Positions 7,511 through 15,805 of a stretch of 32,000 bases of DNA are shown here, piece after piece (position 1 is the stretch's first letter; each line of letters begins with the position of its first letter). Origin of the DNA: Dickeya dadantii NCPPB 898 (lineage in GTDB: Bacteria > Pseudomonadota > Gammaproteobacteria > Enterobacterales > Enterobacteriaceae); contig NZ_CM001976.1 in NCBI RefSeq assembly GCF_000406145.1, positions 267,497 to 299,496 on the forward strand. Direction: 5' to 3'. The notes under the pieces were generated by a model. The model saw only the letters and a program-made list of their open reading frames with translations. It made no database searches and was not told the DNA's origin. Made by a program: the position numbers and the translations under genes.

Positions 7511-8653
7511 ATGAAGCTCAGACTTGCCAGCTATAACGTTGAAAACCTGTTCCACCGCACCGCGATTCTCAACCTGCCCGACCCGCAGCAAAGCAGTGAA
7601 TTGCTGGAGAAAGTACGCCAGTTGCAAACGCTGCTGGATGCCGATAAGTATGACGATGCCCTGAAAGACCGGGTCTTTACCCTGACCAGCAATCTCCAGC
7701 CCTACGTCGACCTTCGCGTCGATGGCGGCTCGCTCGGCAGTTGGAAAAACGAGGCCGGCAAGACCGGATTCCGGATTAACAAGAGCTGCCAGGGGCGAGG
7801 CGACTGGCTGGGCGAGCTGGTTTTTCGCGCCGAAGCGTTCGGCGATCAACAGCGAAAAAATACCGGGCTGGTTATCAAGGCGCTGAATGCCGACATCCTG
7901 TGCGCGGCGGAAGTGGAAAACATGGCGGTGCTGCGTGATTTCAACCAGCAGATTCTGGCGGATCGGGCATTCGCCCAGTATGTCATGATCGACAGCCCGA
8001 ACGATCCGCGTGGCATCGATGTTGCCTGCCTGACGCGTCATCGTATTACCCAACTGTGTACCCATATCTTTGACGTCAGCGAATCGTTCAAGCCGCTGTT
8101 CAGCCGCGATTGTCTGGAAGTGACGATAGATGTCGGCCTGCCGCAGCCGGTGCATGTGCTGTGTAATCACTTTAAAAGCCAGAACGGTCGTAACGATGAC
8201 GAACGCGAACGGGCGGCCAAACGGCGCCGCGCACAGGCGGAGCGGGTGGCCGAAATTGTCCGCGGGTACAATTTGCAGCAGGAGTATGTGGTGGTGATGG
8301 GCGACCTGAACGAGGATGTCGCCAATCCCTGGCACAGTCTGGCACCGCTGTTTTCCGTGCCGGATTTGCACCCGGCTATCGATCCTTCCCTGCCGGAAAC
8401 GGCGCGTTATACCTATTATTTCTCCGGCGGTAAGGCCGGGGAGCGGCTGAACCAGCTGGACTATATTTTCATTTCTACGCCGTTGCATCAGGCGAAGGTC
8501 ACCTGCGGCATTGAGCGGCGCGGCATCTACAACATTGACAAGATCACCGCCAAAGAAGGCGCGGAGCCGGTGACGCCGTTCCCGACAGTCACCTCCTGGG
8601 ATACCGCCGCTTCAGACCATGCTGCCGTGTGGGTGGAGCTGGATATCCGCTGA
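7511..8653 (+). CDS. Endonuclease/exonuclease/phosphatase (EEP) family protein, predicted cytoplasmic
   Basis: ATG is preceded by GAGGAGGAG. EEP motifs occur in order: SYNVENLF (N9, E11), AAEVEN (E134), NHFKS, GDLNED, LDYIF, SDHAAVWVEL. No signal peptide. 380 aa. Confidence 0.85.
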   Translation: MKLRLASYNVENLFHRTAILNLPDPQQSSELLEKVRQLQTLLDADKYDDALKDRVFTLTSNLQPYVDLRVDGGSLGSWKNEAGKTGFRINKSCQGRGDWLGELVFRAEAFGDQQRKNTGLVIKALNADILCAAEVENMAVLRDFNQQILADRAFAQYVMIDSPNDPRGIDVACLTRHRITQLCTHIFDVSESFKPLFSRDCLEVTIDVGLPQPVHVLCNHFKSQNGRNDDERERAAKRRRAQAERVAEIVRGYNLQQEYVVVMGDLNEDVANPWHSLAPLFSVPDLHPAIDPSLPETARYTYYFSGGKAGERLNQLDYIFISTPLHQAKVTCGIERRGIYNIDKITAKEGAEPVTPFPTVTSWDTAASDHAAVWVELDIR

Positions 8654-8694
8654 ACGCGACCGGCGGCGGCGAGAAAATCGCACGGCTGTGAACG

Positions 8695-8712
8695 AGGTGA
8701 ATAACCCGCCTC
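8695..8712 (+). repeat. Hairpin-forming direct repeat, copy 1 (AGGTGAATAACCCGCCTC)
   Basis: 16/18 identical to 9137-9154, with the last 12 nt identical. It abuts the left inverted terminus of the element below. It lies 42 nt after the EEP stop and has no T-tail. Confidence 0.6.
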
Positions 8713-9135
8713 AGATTGCTGATAAACCCTATAAGTGCAAAATGAAGGGTTTTTCCGGCGTTAAAACTGTGCTGAGGTGAGCGACTTCGCCGGGTGAGCG
8801 GCATGGATGTCGCGAAAGCCCGTGCCGCGTCTGACAAAAACGTTGGGAACGTTTTTGAACAGCGTTTACGCTGGCCCGCAGGGCGAGCCCCAGGGATGGG
8901 GCGAGTAACCGCGTCACGGGCGGCCCGAACAGCGAAGGCGAATGCCGAAGGGACCGCGCCAGCGGCACAGTTTAGCCACCAGCCAGTGGTCAAGGAGAGG
9001 TGGCGTTTGAACCTCTCCTTGTCGTGCGTGCGATGGAATGGCAGAGAAACGACACCGTTTATCCCGCACGAAACTATTCACTTACCAGACAAAATTCATC
9101 GTTCGTAAGACAACATGGCTGTTTGTCAACAGTCT
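8713..9135. mobile_element. Putative 423-bp non-autonomous (MITE-like) insertion
   Basis: Termini are AGATTGCTGATAAAC (8713-8727) and the reverse complement of 9121-9135, AGACTGTTGACAAAC: 12/15 identical, all mismatches transitions. Flanked by the 18-nt direct repeat. No credible ORF. Internal hairpins at 8835-8857 (10-bp perfect stem, GGG loop) and 8992-9020 (AAGGAGAGG / CCTCTCCTT). Confidence 0.4.
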
Positions 9136-9136
9136 C

Positions 9137-9165
9137 AGGCGGATAACCCGCCTCGTTTTATTTTA
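9137..9165 (+). terminator. Direct repeat copy 2 plus T-rich tail: likely the original intrinsic terminator downstream of the EEP gene
   Basis: Stem AGGCGG (9137-9142) / CCGCCT (9148-9153), loop ATAAC, then CGTTTTATTTTA. The stem is short (6 bp, GC-rich). Confidence 0.4.
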
Positions 9166-9298
9166 GTGGGCAAGTGGTGCAGAGGAAGCTGCATGCGAAC
9201 CCATGATTTCCATTCATAAGCACAAGCGTTTTCTCTCTATAGTATTCATCCCGGCGGCTGCCTAAATTATCGACCATCAAGACCATGATGGAGAAGAG

Positions 9299-10144
9299 AT
9301 GATGTCGCAGCGAATCTGGCTGATTACCGGGGTCAGCACCGGTTTTGGGCGTGAACTTACGCAGCAACTGCTGGTGAAGGGCGACCGCGTAGTGGGTACG
9401 GTACGAAATCTGGCAAGCGTACAGCCCCTGATGGGGCAATGGCCGGAGACGTTCCACCCGGAAATACTGGATGTCACGGATACCGATGCGATAGCCGGCG
9501 TTGTCGAGCGGACGTTCAAACGATTCGGCCGCATTGACGTGGCGATCAGCAATGCCGGTTATGGGCTGTTTGGCGCGGCGGAAGAACTTTCCGATCGCCA
9601 GATTGAGCAGGTGATCGCCACCAACCTGCTGGGGTCCATTCAATTTATTCGCCGCGTCATTCCCATCATGCGCCAGCAGGGCGGGGGGCGGATTATCCAA
9701 ATCTCGTCCTATGGCGGGCAGGTGGCTTTCCCCGGTAATTCCCTCTATCACGCTACCAAATGGGGGATTGAAGGCTTTGTCGAGTCGGTCGCGCAGGAAG
9801 CCGCTCCCTTTGGCATTGGCATGACGCTGGTTGAACCCGGCGGCGCACGCACCGAATTCCGTTACGGCAGCGCGCAGGTCGCCACATTGATGCCGGTCTA
9901 TGATGTGACGCCCGCCCATGCCTTTTTGCGTATGCTTGATCCCGCGAATGGGCTGGCGCCGGGCGACCCGACCAGAATGGCGACGCGCATTATCGAAAGT
10001 GTTGATCGCCAACCGGCGCCGCTGCGTATGGTGCTGGGTTCTCAGGCGTTGCAAGGCACGATCGACGTGCTGCGCGAACGGCTGCGGAATTTTGAACAAC
10101 AGGTCGAGCTGGCGGCGTCCACCGACTTCCCACCGGGAACGTAA
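9299..10144 (+). CDS. Short-chain dehydrogenase/reductase (classical SDR) family oxidoreductase
   Basis: Cofactor motif ITGVSTGFG near the N-terminus, NAG motif (ISNAGYG), catalytic S...YHATKWGIEGF. GGAGAA precedes the tandem ATG ATG start. 281 aa. Confidence 0.85.
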   Translation: MMSQRIWLITGVSTGFGRELTQQLLVKGDRVVGTVRNLASVQPLMGQWPETFHPEILDVTDTDAIAGVVERTFKRFGRIDVAISNAGYGLFGAAEELSDRQIEQVIATNLLGSIQFIRRVIPIMRQQGGGRIIQISSYGGQVAFPGNSLYHATKWGIEGFVESVAQEAAPFGIGMTLVEPGGARTEFRYGSAQVATLMPVYDVTPAHAFLRMLDPANGLAPGDPTRMATRIIESVDRQPAPLRMVLGSQALQGTIDVLRERLRNFEQQVELAASTDFPPGT

Positions 10145-10173
10145 TGCCATTATCGATAACCTTTTACCGCGTA

Positions 10174-10206
10174 GCGCACGCGTCGATCTGGTGCTGACGC
10201 GTGCGC
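10174..10206. terminator. Perfect 11-bp hairpin between the convergent SDR and LysR genes (no U-tract)
   Basis: GCGCACGCGTC (10174-10184) / GACGCGTGCGC (10196-10206) with an 11-nt loop. Neither strand has a T-run after it, so it is terminator-like only. Confidence 0.35.
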
Positions 10207-10221
10207 CGCAAGAATCCGCCA

Positions 10222-11160
<939 letters not shown>

Positions 11161-11177
11161 CTATACTGAATAAATAT

Positions 11178-11192
11178 ATGAATTTGATTCAT
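11178..11192. promoter_or_regulatory. Candidate LysR box (T-N11-A palindrome)
   Basis: ATGAAT-TTG-ATTCAT is a perfect 6-bp inverted repeat containing T-N11-A. It lies 63 bp upstream of the LysR ATG, in the divergent intergenic region. Confidence 0.45.
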
Positions 11193-11427
11193 AGCTCCAT
11201 GCGGATTTCCCTGTCTAGTCGCCGGTTATCCGGCGCGATACGTTTTCATCAACGATTCAGTTCAGGCGGAAGACGTCGGTTGACGACGGCAATGCCTTGT
11301 CGGGCGTGACGCCGATATTGGCTGGCGCCAACCATACTGATAGAGACGTATGGGGCTTAGCCGTGATGTCATCCCCGTCTCCCTGTTGATGTTAACGCCG
11401 GCAATCAGGCCGGAAGTAGAGGAAAGC

Positions 11428-11823
11428 ATGAAGATTATTCGTAATGGTTCGCAGCCTTCCCGGCCAGGCCCGGAAGCGTGGTTTACCGGTCACGTACGCA
11501 TCGACGCACCGTTTCAGGCGACAGAGCCTGCCCGCGTGGGCGGCGCGACCGTCACCTTTGAACCCGGCGCACGCACCGCCTGGCACACCCATCCGCTGGG
11601 ACAAACGCTGATTGTGGTTCAGGGGCGAGGCTGGGTTCAGGAATGGGGTAACGAAATTCATGAAATGAACCCGGGAGATATCGTGTGGATCCCCGAAGGG
11701 GTGAAGCACTGGCACGGCGCGACGGCGGAAACGGCGATGACGCACATCGCAATTGCCGAATCGCTTGATGGCAGTGTGGTGGAATGGATGGAGCACGTCA
11801 GTGATGAGCAATACCCGAAGTAA
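11428..11823 (+). CDS. Cupin-domain protein (cupin_2 type)
   Basis: ATG at 11428 is preceded by GAGGAAAG; the track ORF starts 26 codons earlier without support. Cupin motifs [15 protein letters not shown] and [16 protein letters not shown]. 131 aa. Confidence 0.8.
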   Translation: MKIIRNGSQPSRPGPEAWFTGHVRIDAPFQATEPARVGGATVTFEPGARTAWHTHPLGQTLIVVQGRGWVQEWGNEIHEMNPGDIVWIPEGVKHWHGATAETAMTHIAIAESLDGSVVEWMEHVSDEQYPK

Positions 11824-11834
11824 CCCAGGAAACC

Positions 11835-12047
11835 GTGGTGTGGTTGCGGATGATGCCCGGCGCGGTGGAAAGGGAACTGGCGCGAAGTATTACCGATCCC
11901 AACATGGCAGCGGGCGTCAAGTCGTTCTATGACGACTATGCTATTTCTGCAGAGTCATTTGCCCGGGTCGTGGCCTTCGCTATCCGTCAGCCTGAAGATG
12001 TGGACATTAACGACGTTCTGTTCCGTCCGACCCGGCTGGAATTGTAA
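11835..12047 (+). pseudogene. 5'-truncated remnant of an SDR gene (C-terminal ~70 codons only)
   Basis: The translation ...MPGAVERELARSITDP...ISAESFARVVAFAIRQPEDVDINDVLFRPTRLEL matches only the C-terminal third of classical SDRs (IxPGxVxTE ... QPxxVxxNE..xRPT). The cofactor-binding and catalytic parts are absent. It starts 12 nt after the cupin stop. Confidence 0.6.
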
Positions 12048-12077
12048 TCACGCTTTGAATAAGGCAAGGAGTCAACT

Positions 12078-13130
12078 ATGACCATGAAAGTACTGGGTTA
12101 TGCCGCGCAGTCATCAGCCGCGCCGTTAGCGCCGTTTCACTTTACGCGCCGAACGCCGCGCCCCGATGATGTGGTGGTGGAGATTCTGTATTGCGGCGTT
12201 TGCCACTCCGATCTGCATCAGGCGCGCAATGACTGGGGGTTTAGCCATTATCCGCTGGTACCCGGTCATGAAATCATCGGGCGTGTGACCGCCGTTGGCG
12301 CTGGCGTCACCAAATTCAAACCTGACGATCTGGTGGGTATCGGCTGCATGGTGGATTCGTGTCGTGAATGCCAGCCTTGTAAGCAGGGGCTGGAACAATA
12401 CTGCGATGAAGGCAACGTGCAGACCTATAACGGGGTTGACCGTCATGATCACCAGCCGACCTACGGCGGCTATTCTCAGCAAATCGTCGCCTCGCAGGAT
12501 TTTGTGCTGCGCATTCCCGCCTCGATGGACCTGAAATCGGCGGCGCCGCTGCTGTGCGCCGGGATTACCACCTGGTCGCCGTTGCGCCACTGGAACGTCG
12601 GTAAAGGCAGCAAGGTAGCGGTGGTCGGATTGGGCGGTCTGGGCCATATGGCGATCAAACTGGCTCATGCGCTCGGCGCGGAAGTGACGCTATTCACTCG
12701 CTCTCCCGGCAAAGAGGCCGACGCCCGGCGTTTAGGGGCTGACCGCATTGTGCTGTCGACGGCGGCGTCGCAGATGGAGACGGTCAAAGGTCAGTTTGAC
12801 CTGATTATCGACACCGTGCCCTACGAGCATGATATCAACCCTTACATGCCGACACTGACGTTAGACGGCACGCTGGTGTTTGTGGGCCTGCTGGGCGACA
12901 TCAATCCGATGCTCAACACCGTGTCGATGATTCTGGGGCGGCGGTCGGTAGCGGGTTCCTGCATCGGTGGGATTGCCGAGACGCAGGAAATGCTCGATTT
13001 TTGCGGCGAGCATGGCATCACTTCCGACGTGGAAATGATCGATATTCAGAACATCAACGCGGCCTATGAACGTATGTTGAAAAGCGACGTGAAATACCGG
13101 TTTGTCATCGATATGGCGTCGCTGGCATAA
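12078..13130 (+). CDS. Zn-dependent NAD(P)-dependent alcohol/aldehyde reductase, YahK / cinnamyl-alcohol dehydrogenase family
   Basis: AAGGAG RBS. Catalytic Zn motif GVCHSDLH, GHEIIGRV; structural Zn cysteines CRECQPCKQGLEQYC; Rossmann motif VVGLGGLGHMAIKLA; C-terminal DVKYRFVIDM as in E. coli YahK. 350 aa. Confidence 0.88.
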   Translation: MTMKVLGYAAQSSAAPLAPFHFTRRTPRPDDVVVEILYCGVCHSDLHQARNDWGFSHYPLVPGHEIIGRVTAVGAGVTKFKPDDLVGIGCMVDSCRECQPCKQGLEQYCDEGNVQTYNGVDRHDHQPTYGGYSQQIVASQDFVLRIPASMDLKSAAPLLCAGITTWSPLRHWNVGKGSKVAVVGLGGLGHMAIKLAHALGAEVTLFTRSPGKEADARRLGADRIVLSTAASQMETVKGQFDLIIDTVPYEHDINPYMPTLTLDGTLVFVGLLGDINPMLNTVSMILGRRSVAGSCIGGIAETQEMLDFCGEHGITSDVEMIDIQNINAAYERMLKSDVKYRFVIDMASLA

Positions 13131-13206
13131 GCGGATATGATCAAACAGTAAAGACGGCGAGCGGGTAATCCACTCTGGTTGAGCGGGACATGCAGCGGTG
13201 GTAAGT

Positions 13207-13242
13207 AAAAAGGCGCGATCCAACCGGTATCGCGCCTTTTTT
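13207..13242. terminator. Bidirectional rho-independent terminator (ADH gene on +, fis on -)
   Basis: AGGCGCGAT (13211-13219) / ATCGCGCCT (13229-13237), flanked by an A-run on the left and a T-run on the right, so either strand gives hairpin plus U-tract. Confidence 0.8.
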
Positions 13243-13265
13243 ATTCAGTGGATGACTGATGGTTA

Positions 13266-13562
13266 TCAGTTCATGCCGTATTTTTTCAGTTTCTTACGCA
13301 GCGTACCGCGGTTGATGCCCATCATCAGAGCAGCGCGGGTCTGGTTGCCGCGGGTGTACTGCATCACCATGTCCAACAGCGGCTGTTCTACTTCAGCCAG
13401 TACCAGCTCATACAGGTCATTCACATCCTGACCATTCAGTTGAGCGAAATAGTTCTTCAGTGCCTGTTTAACCGAGTCGCGCAGGGGTTTTTGGGTTACC
13501 TGAGCCTGAGAGTTTACAGTGGAAACGGTCAGTACGTCAGAATTCACGCGTTGTTCGAACAT
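13266..13562 (-). CDS. fis: DNA-binding protein Fis
   Basis: 98 aa, [19 protein letters not shown]...[29 protein letters not shown], essentially the E. coli Fis sequence. 23 nt downstream of dusB. Confidence 0.98.
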   Translation of the reverse strand: MFEQRVNSDVLTVSTVNSQAQVTQKPLRDSVKQALKNYFAQLNGQDVNDLYELVLAEVEQPLLDMVMQYTRGNQTRAALMMGINRGTLRKKLKKYGMN

Positions 13563-13585
13563 AGTTCTGTCAGCTCTTTTTCTGT

Positions 13586-14551
13586 TTACGCAAGATTTTC
13601 AAAATATGCCTTCAACGCCTCCAGCTGTTCGCTGGCGTCCTCTATGGCGTTGAATGTGCGCCTAAACTGGTCGTTTGGGGCGTGCTCCTGGAGATACCAG
13701 GACACGTGCTTACGCGCTATACGAAATCCCTTGCCTGGACCATAAAAGTCGTGCAATTCCCGTATATGCCCGATCAACAAGCGCTTGACCTCTGCCAGTG
13801 GCAGGGGGGGCAGCAGCTCCCCTGTGTCCAGATAATGCTGGATTTCCCGAAAGATCCAGGGTCTTCCCTGAGCGGCTCGTCCTATCATCAGGGCGTCAGC
13901 CCCGGTGTAATCAAGAACCGCTCTGGCTTTGCGCGGGTCAGTAATGTCGCCATTCGCAATGATGGGAATGGAGACGCTCTGCTTAACTGTCCGAATACTG
14001 TCGTATTCCGCTTCGCCATTGAACAGACACGCGCGCGTGCGTCCATGGACGGTGAGCGCCTGAATACCACAGTCTTCAGCCAATTTGGCAATCTCGGCAC
14101 AGTTACGGTGCTCTGGCGCCCAGCCGGTGCGGATTTTCAGCGTTACCGGTACGTCTACCGCTTTCACCACCGCAATCAGGATCTGTTTTACCAACTCCGG
14201 ATACTGCAACAACGCCGATCCGGCCATCTTGCGGTTGACCTTCTTGGCCGGGCATCCCATGTTGATATCGATGACCTGCGCGCCGTTCTCCGCGTTGATT
14301 CTGGCGGCCGCCGCCATCTCATCCGGATCGCCGCCGGCGATCTGCACCGCCCGGATACCGGGCTCATCGCTATGTACCATGCGCAGTCGCGACTTATCCG
14401 AACGCCACACTTCCGGATTGGAAGAGAGCATTTCGGAGACCGTCATTCCAGCGCCCATCGCGTAACAGAGTGCCCGAAACGGGCGATCGCTCACGCCCGC
14501 CATCGGGGCGGCAATCAAACGATTGGGAAGCTGAAATTGTCCAATGCGCAT
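13586..14551 (-). CDS. dusB: tRNA-dihydrouridine synthase B
   Basis: 321 aa from the ATG at 14551 ([26 protein letters not shown]...), the same length as E. coli DusB. The 34-codon extension in the track ORF covers the fis promoter and is rejected. Confidence 0.95.
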   Translation of the reverse strand: MRIGQFQLPNRLIAAPMAGVSDRPFRALCYAMGAGMTVSEMLSSNPEVWRSDKSRLRMVHSDEPGIRAVQIAGGDPDEMAAAARINAENGAQVIDINMGCPAKKVNRKMAGSALLQYPELVKQILIAVVKAVDVPVTLKIRTGWAPEHRNCAEIAKLAEDCGIQALTVHGRTRACLFNGEAEYDSIRTVKQSVSIPIIANGDITDPRKARAVLDYTGADALMIGRAAQGRPWIFREIQHYLDTGELLPPLPLAEVKRLLIGHIRELHDFYGPGKGFRIARKHVSWYLQEHAPNDQFRRTFNAIEDASEQLEALKAYFENLA

Positions 14552-14589
14552 AGACAAAGAGTGACCATACTGTGCCTGCAAGGGCGCGT

Positions 14590-14618
14590 ATATTACGCAT
14601 TTTTTACGCGATAGGAAA
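14590..14618 (-). promoter_or_regulatory. dusB-fis operon promoter (fis P-like)
   Basis: Minus strand reads TTTCCT - 17 nt - TAATAT followed by the GC-rich discriminator ACGCGCCC. This is the architecture I recall for the stringently controlled E. coli fis promoter. About 30 nt upstream of the dusB ATG. Confidence 0.6.
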
Positions 14619-14801
14619 GGCCAAACTTTGAGCAATTGAGCGGAACAGATCAAGGAAATGCCGCATTGCTTCCGCGTTGTTTTTATTTTCCCTTTATTTA
14701 CAGAATGTTATTTTCATGTCGCCGATTTTGTGAACACGCCGGGGAAATAAAACATCTGCCTGAATATGCTGTTTCATTGCATGAAAACAGTGATTGATGG
14801 C

Positions 14802-14844
14802 AGTAGTGGTGCGTTTGTCCAGCGAGTAGTACGTTTGTCCAGCG
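14802..14844. repeat. Imperfect tandem direct repeat in the fis upstream region
   Basis: AGTAGTGGTGCGTTTGTCCAGCG (14802-14824) is followed directly by AGTAGTACGTTTGTCCAGCG (14825-14844). They share AGTAGT and a 13-nt core, CGTTTGTCCAGCG. Confidence 0.6.
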
Positions 14845-14860
14845 GAATATCCACATGGGA

Positions 14861-14892
14861 CGCCTGCCGGAACCGAGATGTTCCGGCAGGCG
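14861..14892 (-). terminator. Perfect 12-bp hairpin 12 nt after the prmA stop (terminator-like, no U-tract)
   Basis: CGCCTGCCGGAA (14861-14872) / TTCCGGCAGGCG (14881-14892) with an 8-nt loop. No T-run follows on either strand. Confidence 0.45.
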
Positions 14893-14903
14893 CAGGCAAC
14901 AGG

Positions 14904-15791
14904 TCAGACCGGTTTGCGGATGCCGGTAATGCGGCACCACTCTTCTTTTTCCGCCACCGGGTCGAGCTGGAACCGGTCTTCATAGGCTTCCGCCACGCTT
15001 TGCGCTTGTGAGGCCAGAATACCGGACAGACCGAGGTGACCGCCATTCTTCGGCAGAACGCCGATCAGCGGCGCCAGTTCGCGCAGCGGGCCGGCCAGAA
15101 TGTTGGCGACCACCACGTCGGCGGATAGGTCTTTTGGTTGATCCTTCGGCAGATACAGCTCCAGACGTTCGGACACGCCGTTACGCTGCGCGTTGTCGCG
15201 GCTGGCCTGAATCGCCTGCGGGTCGATATCGATGCCGATAGCATGAGCAGCGCCGAGTTTCAGCGCGGCAATCGCCAGAATGCCGGAACCGCAGCCGAAG
15301 TCGATGACGGTTTTGCCGTCCAGATCCAGCCCGTCGAGCCATTGCAGGCACAGCGAGGTGGTCGGGTGGGTGCCGGTGCCGAACGCCAGACCGGGGTCCA
15401 GCATCACGTTGACCGCGTTCGGGTCCGGTACCTCGCGCCAGCTCGGGCAAATCCACAGCCGCTTGCCGAACTGCATCGGATGGAAGTTTTCCATCCATTC
15501 CCGCTCCCAGTCCTTGTCTTCCAGCTGTTCGATTTTGTGCCGGAAACCGGCGCCAAGCAGCGGTTCCTGCTCCAGCATGGCGATAACCTCGGCCATGTCG
15601 GTTTCGGCGTCGTACAGACCGATGACGTCGGTATCGCCCCACAAGCGGGTTTCACCCGGCAGCGGTTCGAACACCGGCGTATCATGCGTATCCTGAAACG
15701 TGACCGAGACGGCGCCGCTTTCAGACAGCGCGTCGCCCAGTTGTTCCGCGTGTGCGCCGGACGTATTGATTTTCAGTTGAATCCACGGCAT
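14904..15791 (-). CDS. prmA: Ribosomal protein L11 methyltransferase
   Basis: 295 aa from the ATG at 15791 ([10 protein letters not shown]...), preceded by GAGG. SAM motif [15 protein letters not shown]. 14 nt downstream of the panF stop. Confidence 0.95.
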   Translation of the reverse strand: MPWIQLKINTSGAHAEQLGDALSESGAVSVTFQDTHDTPVFEPLPGETRLWGDTDVIGLYDAETDMAEVIAMLEQEPLLGAGFRHKIEQLEDKDWEREWMENFHPMQFGKRLWICPSWREVPDPNAVNVMLDPGLAFGTGTHPTTSLCLQWLDGLDLDGKTVIDFGCGSGILAIAALKLGAAHAIGIDIDPQAIQASRDNAQRNGVSERLELYLPKDQPKDLSADVVVANILAGPLRELAPLIGVLPKNGGHLGLSGILASQAQSVAEAYEDRFQLDPVAEKEEWCRITGIRKPV

Positions 15792-15805
15792 AGCAGCCTC
15801 TGACC

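Noticed and set aside
7400-8488. 362-aa - strand ORF
   Set aside because: It is antisense to the well-supported EEP gene. It has no RBS or motif support and a low-complexity Arg/Gln/Ile-rich translation.
8770-8790. Possible ERIC (IRU) element, based on CTGAGGTGAGCG resembling the ERIC core CTGGGGTGAGCG
   Set aside because: Only this ~12-nt motif matches what I remember of ERIC. The surrounding sequence and the 423-bp size do not fit. I left it as an unclassified MITE-like element.
8589-9108. ORFs of 79-134 aa inside the EEP-SDR intergenic region (both strands)
   Set aside because: The translations are Arg/Ala/Pro-rich and low-complexity, with no RBS. They lie inside the MITE-like element and cross its hairpins. 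I treat them as non-coding.
8654-9298. Riboswitch (cobalamin/TPP-like) in the long non-coding stretch upstream of the SDR gene
   Set aside because: There are only scattered short resemblances (GCCAGTGG, CTGAGG). There is no coherent conserved core, and the downstream gene has no link to those cofactors.
13682-14614. 310-aa + strand ORF
   Set aside because: It is antisense to dusB. It is an artefact of the open mirror frame.
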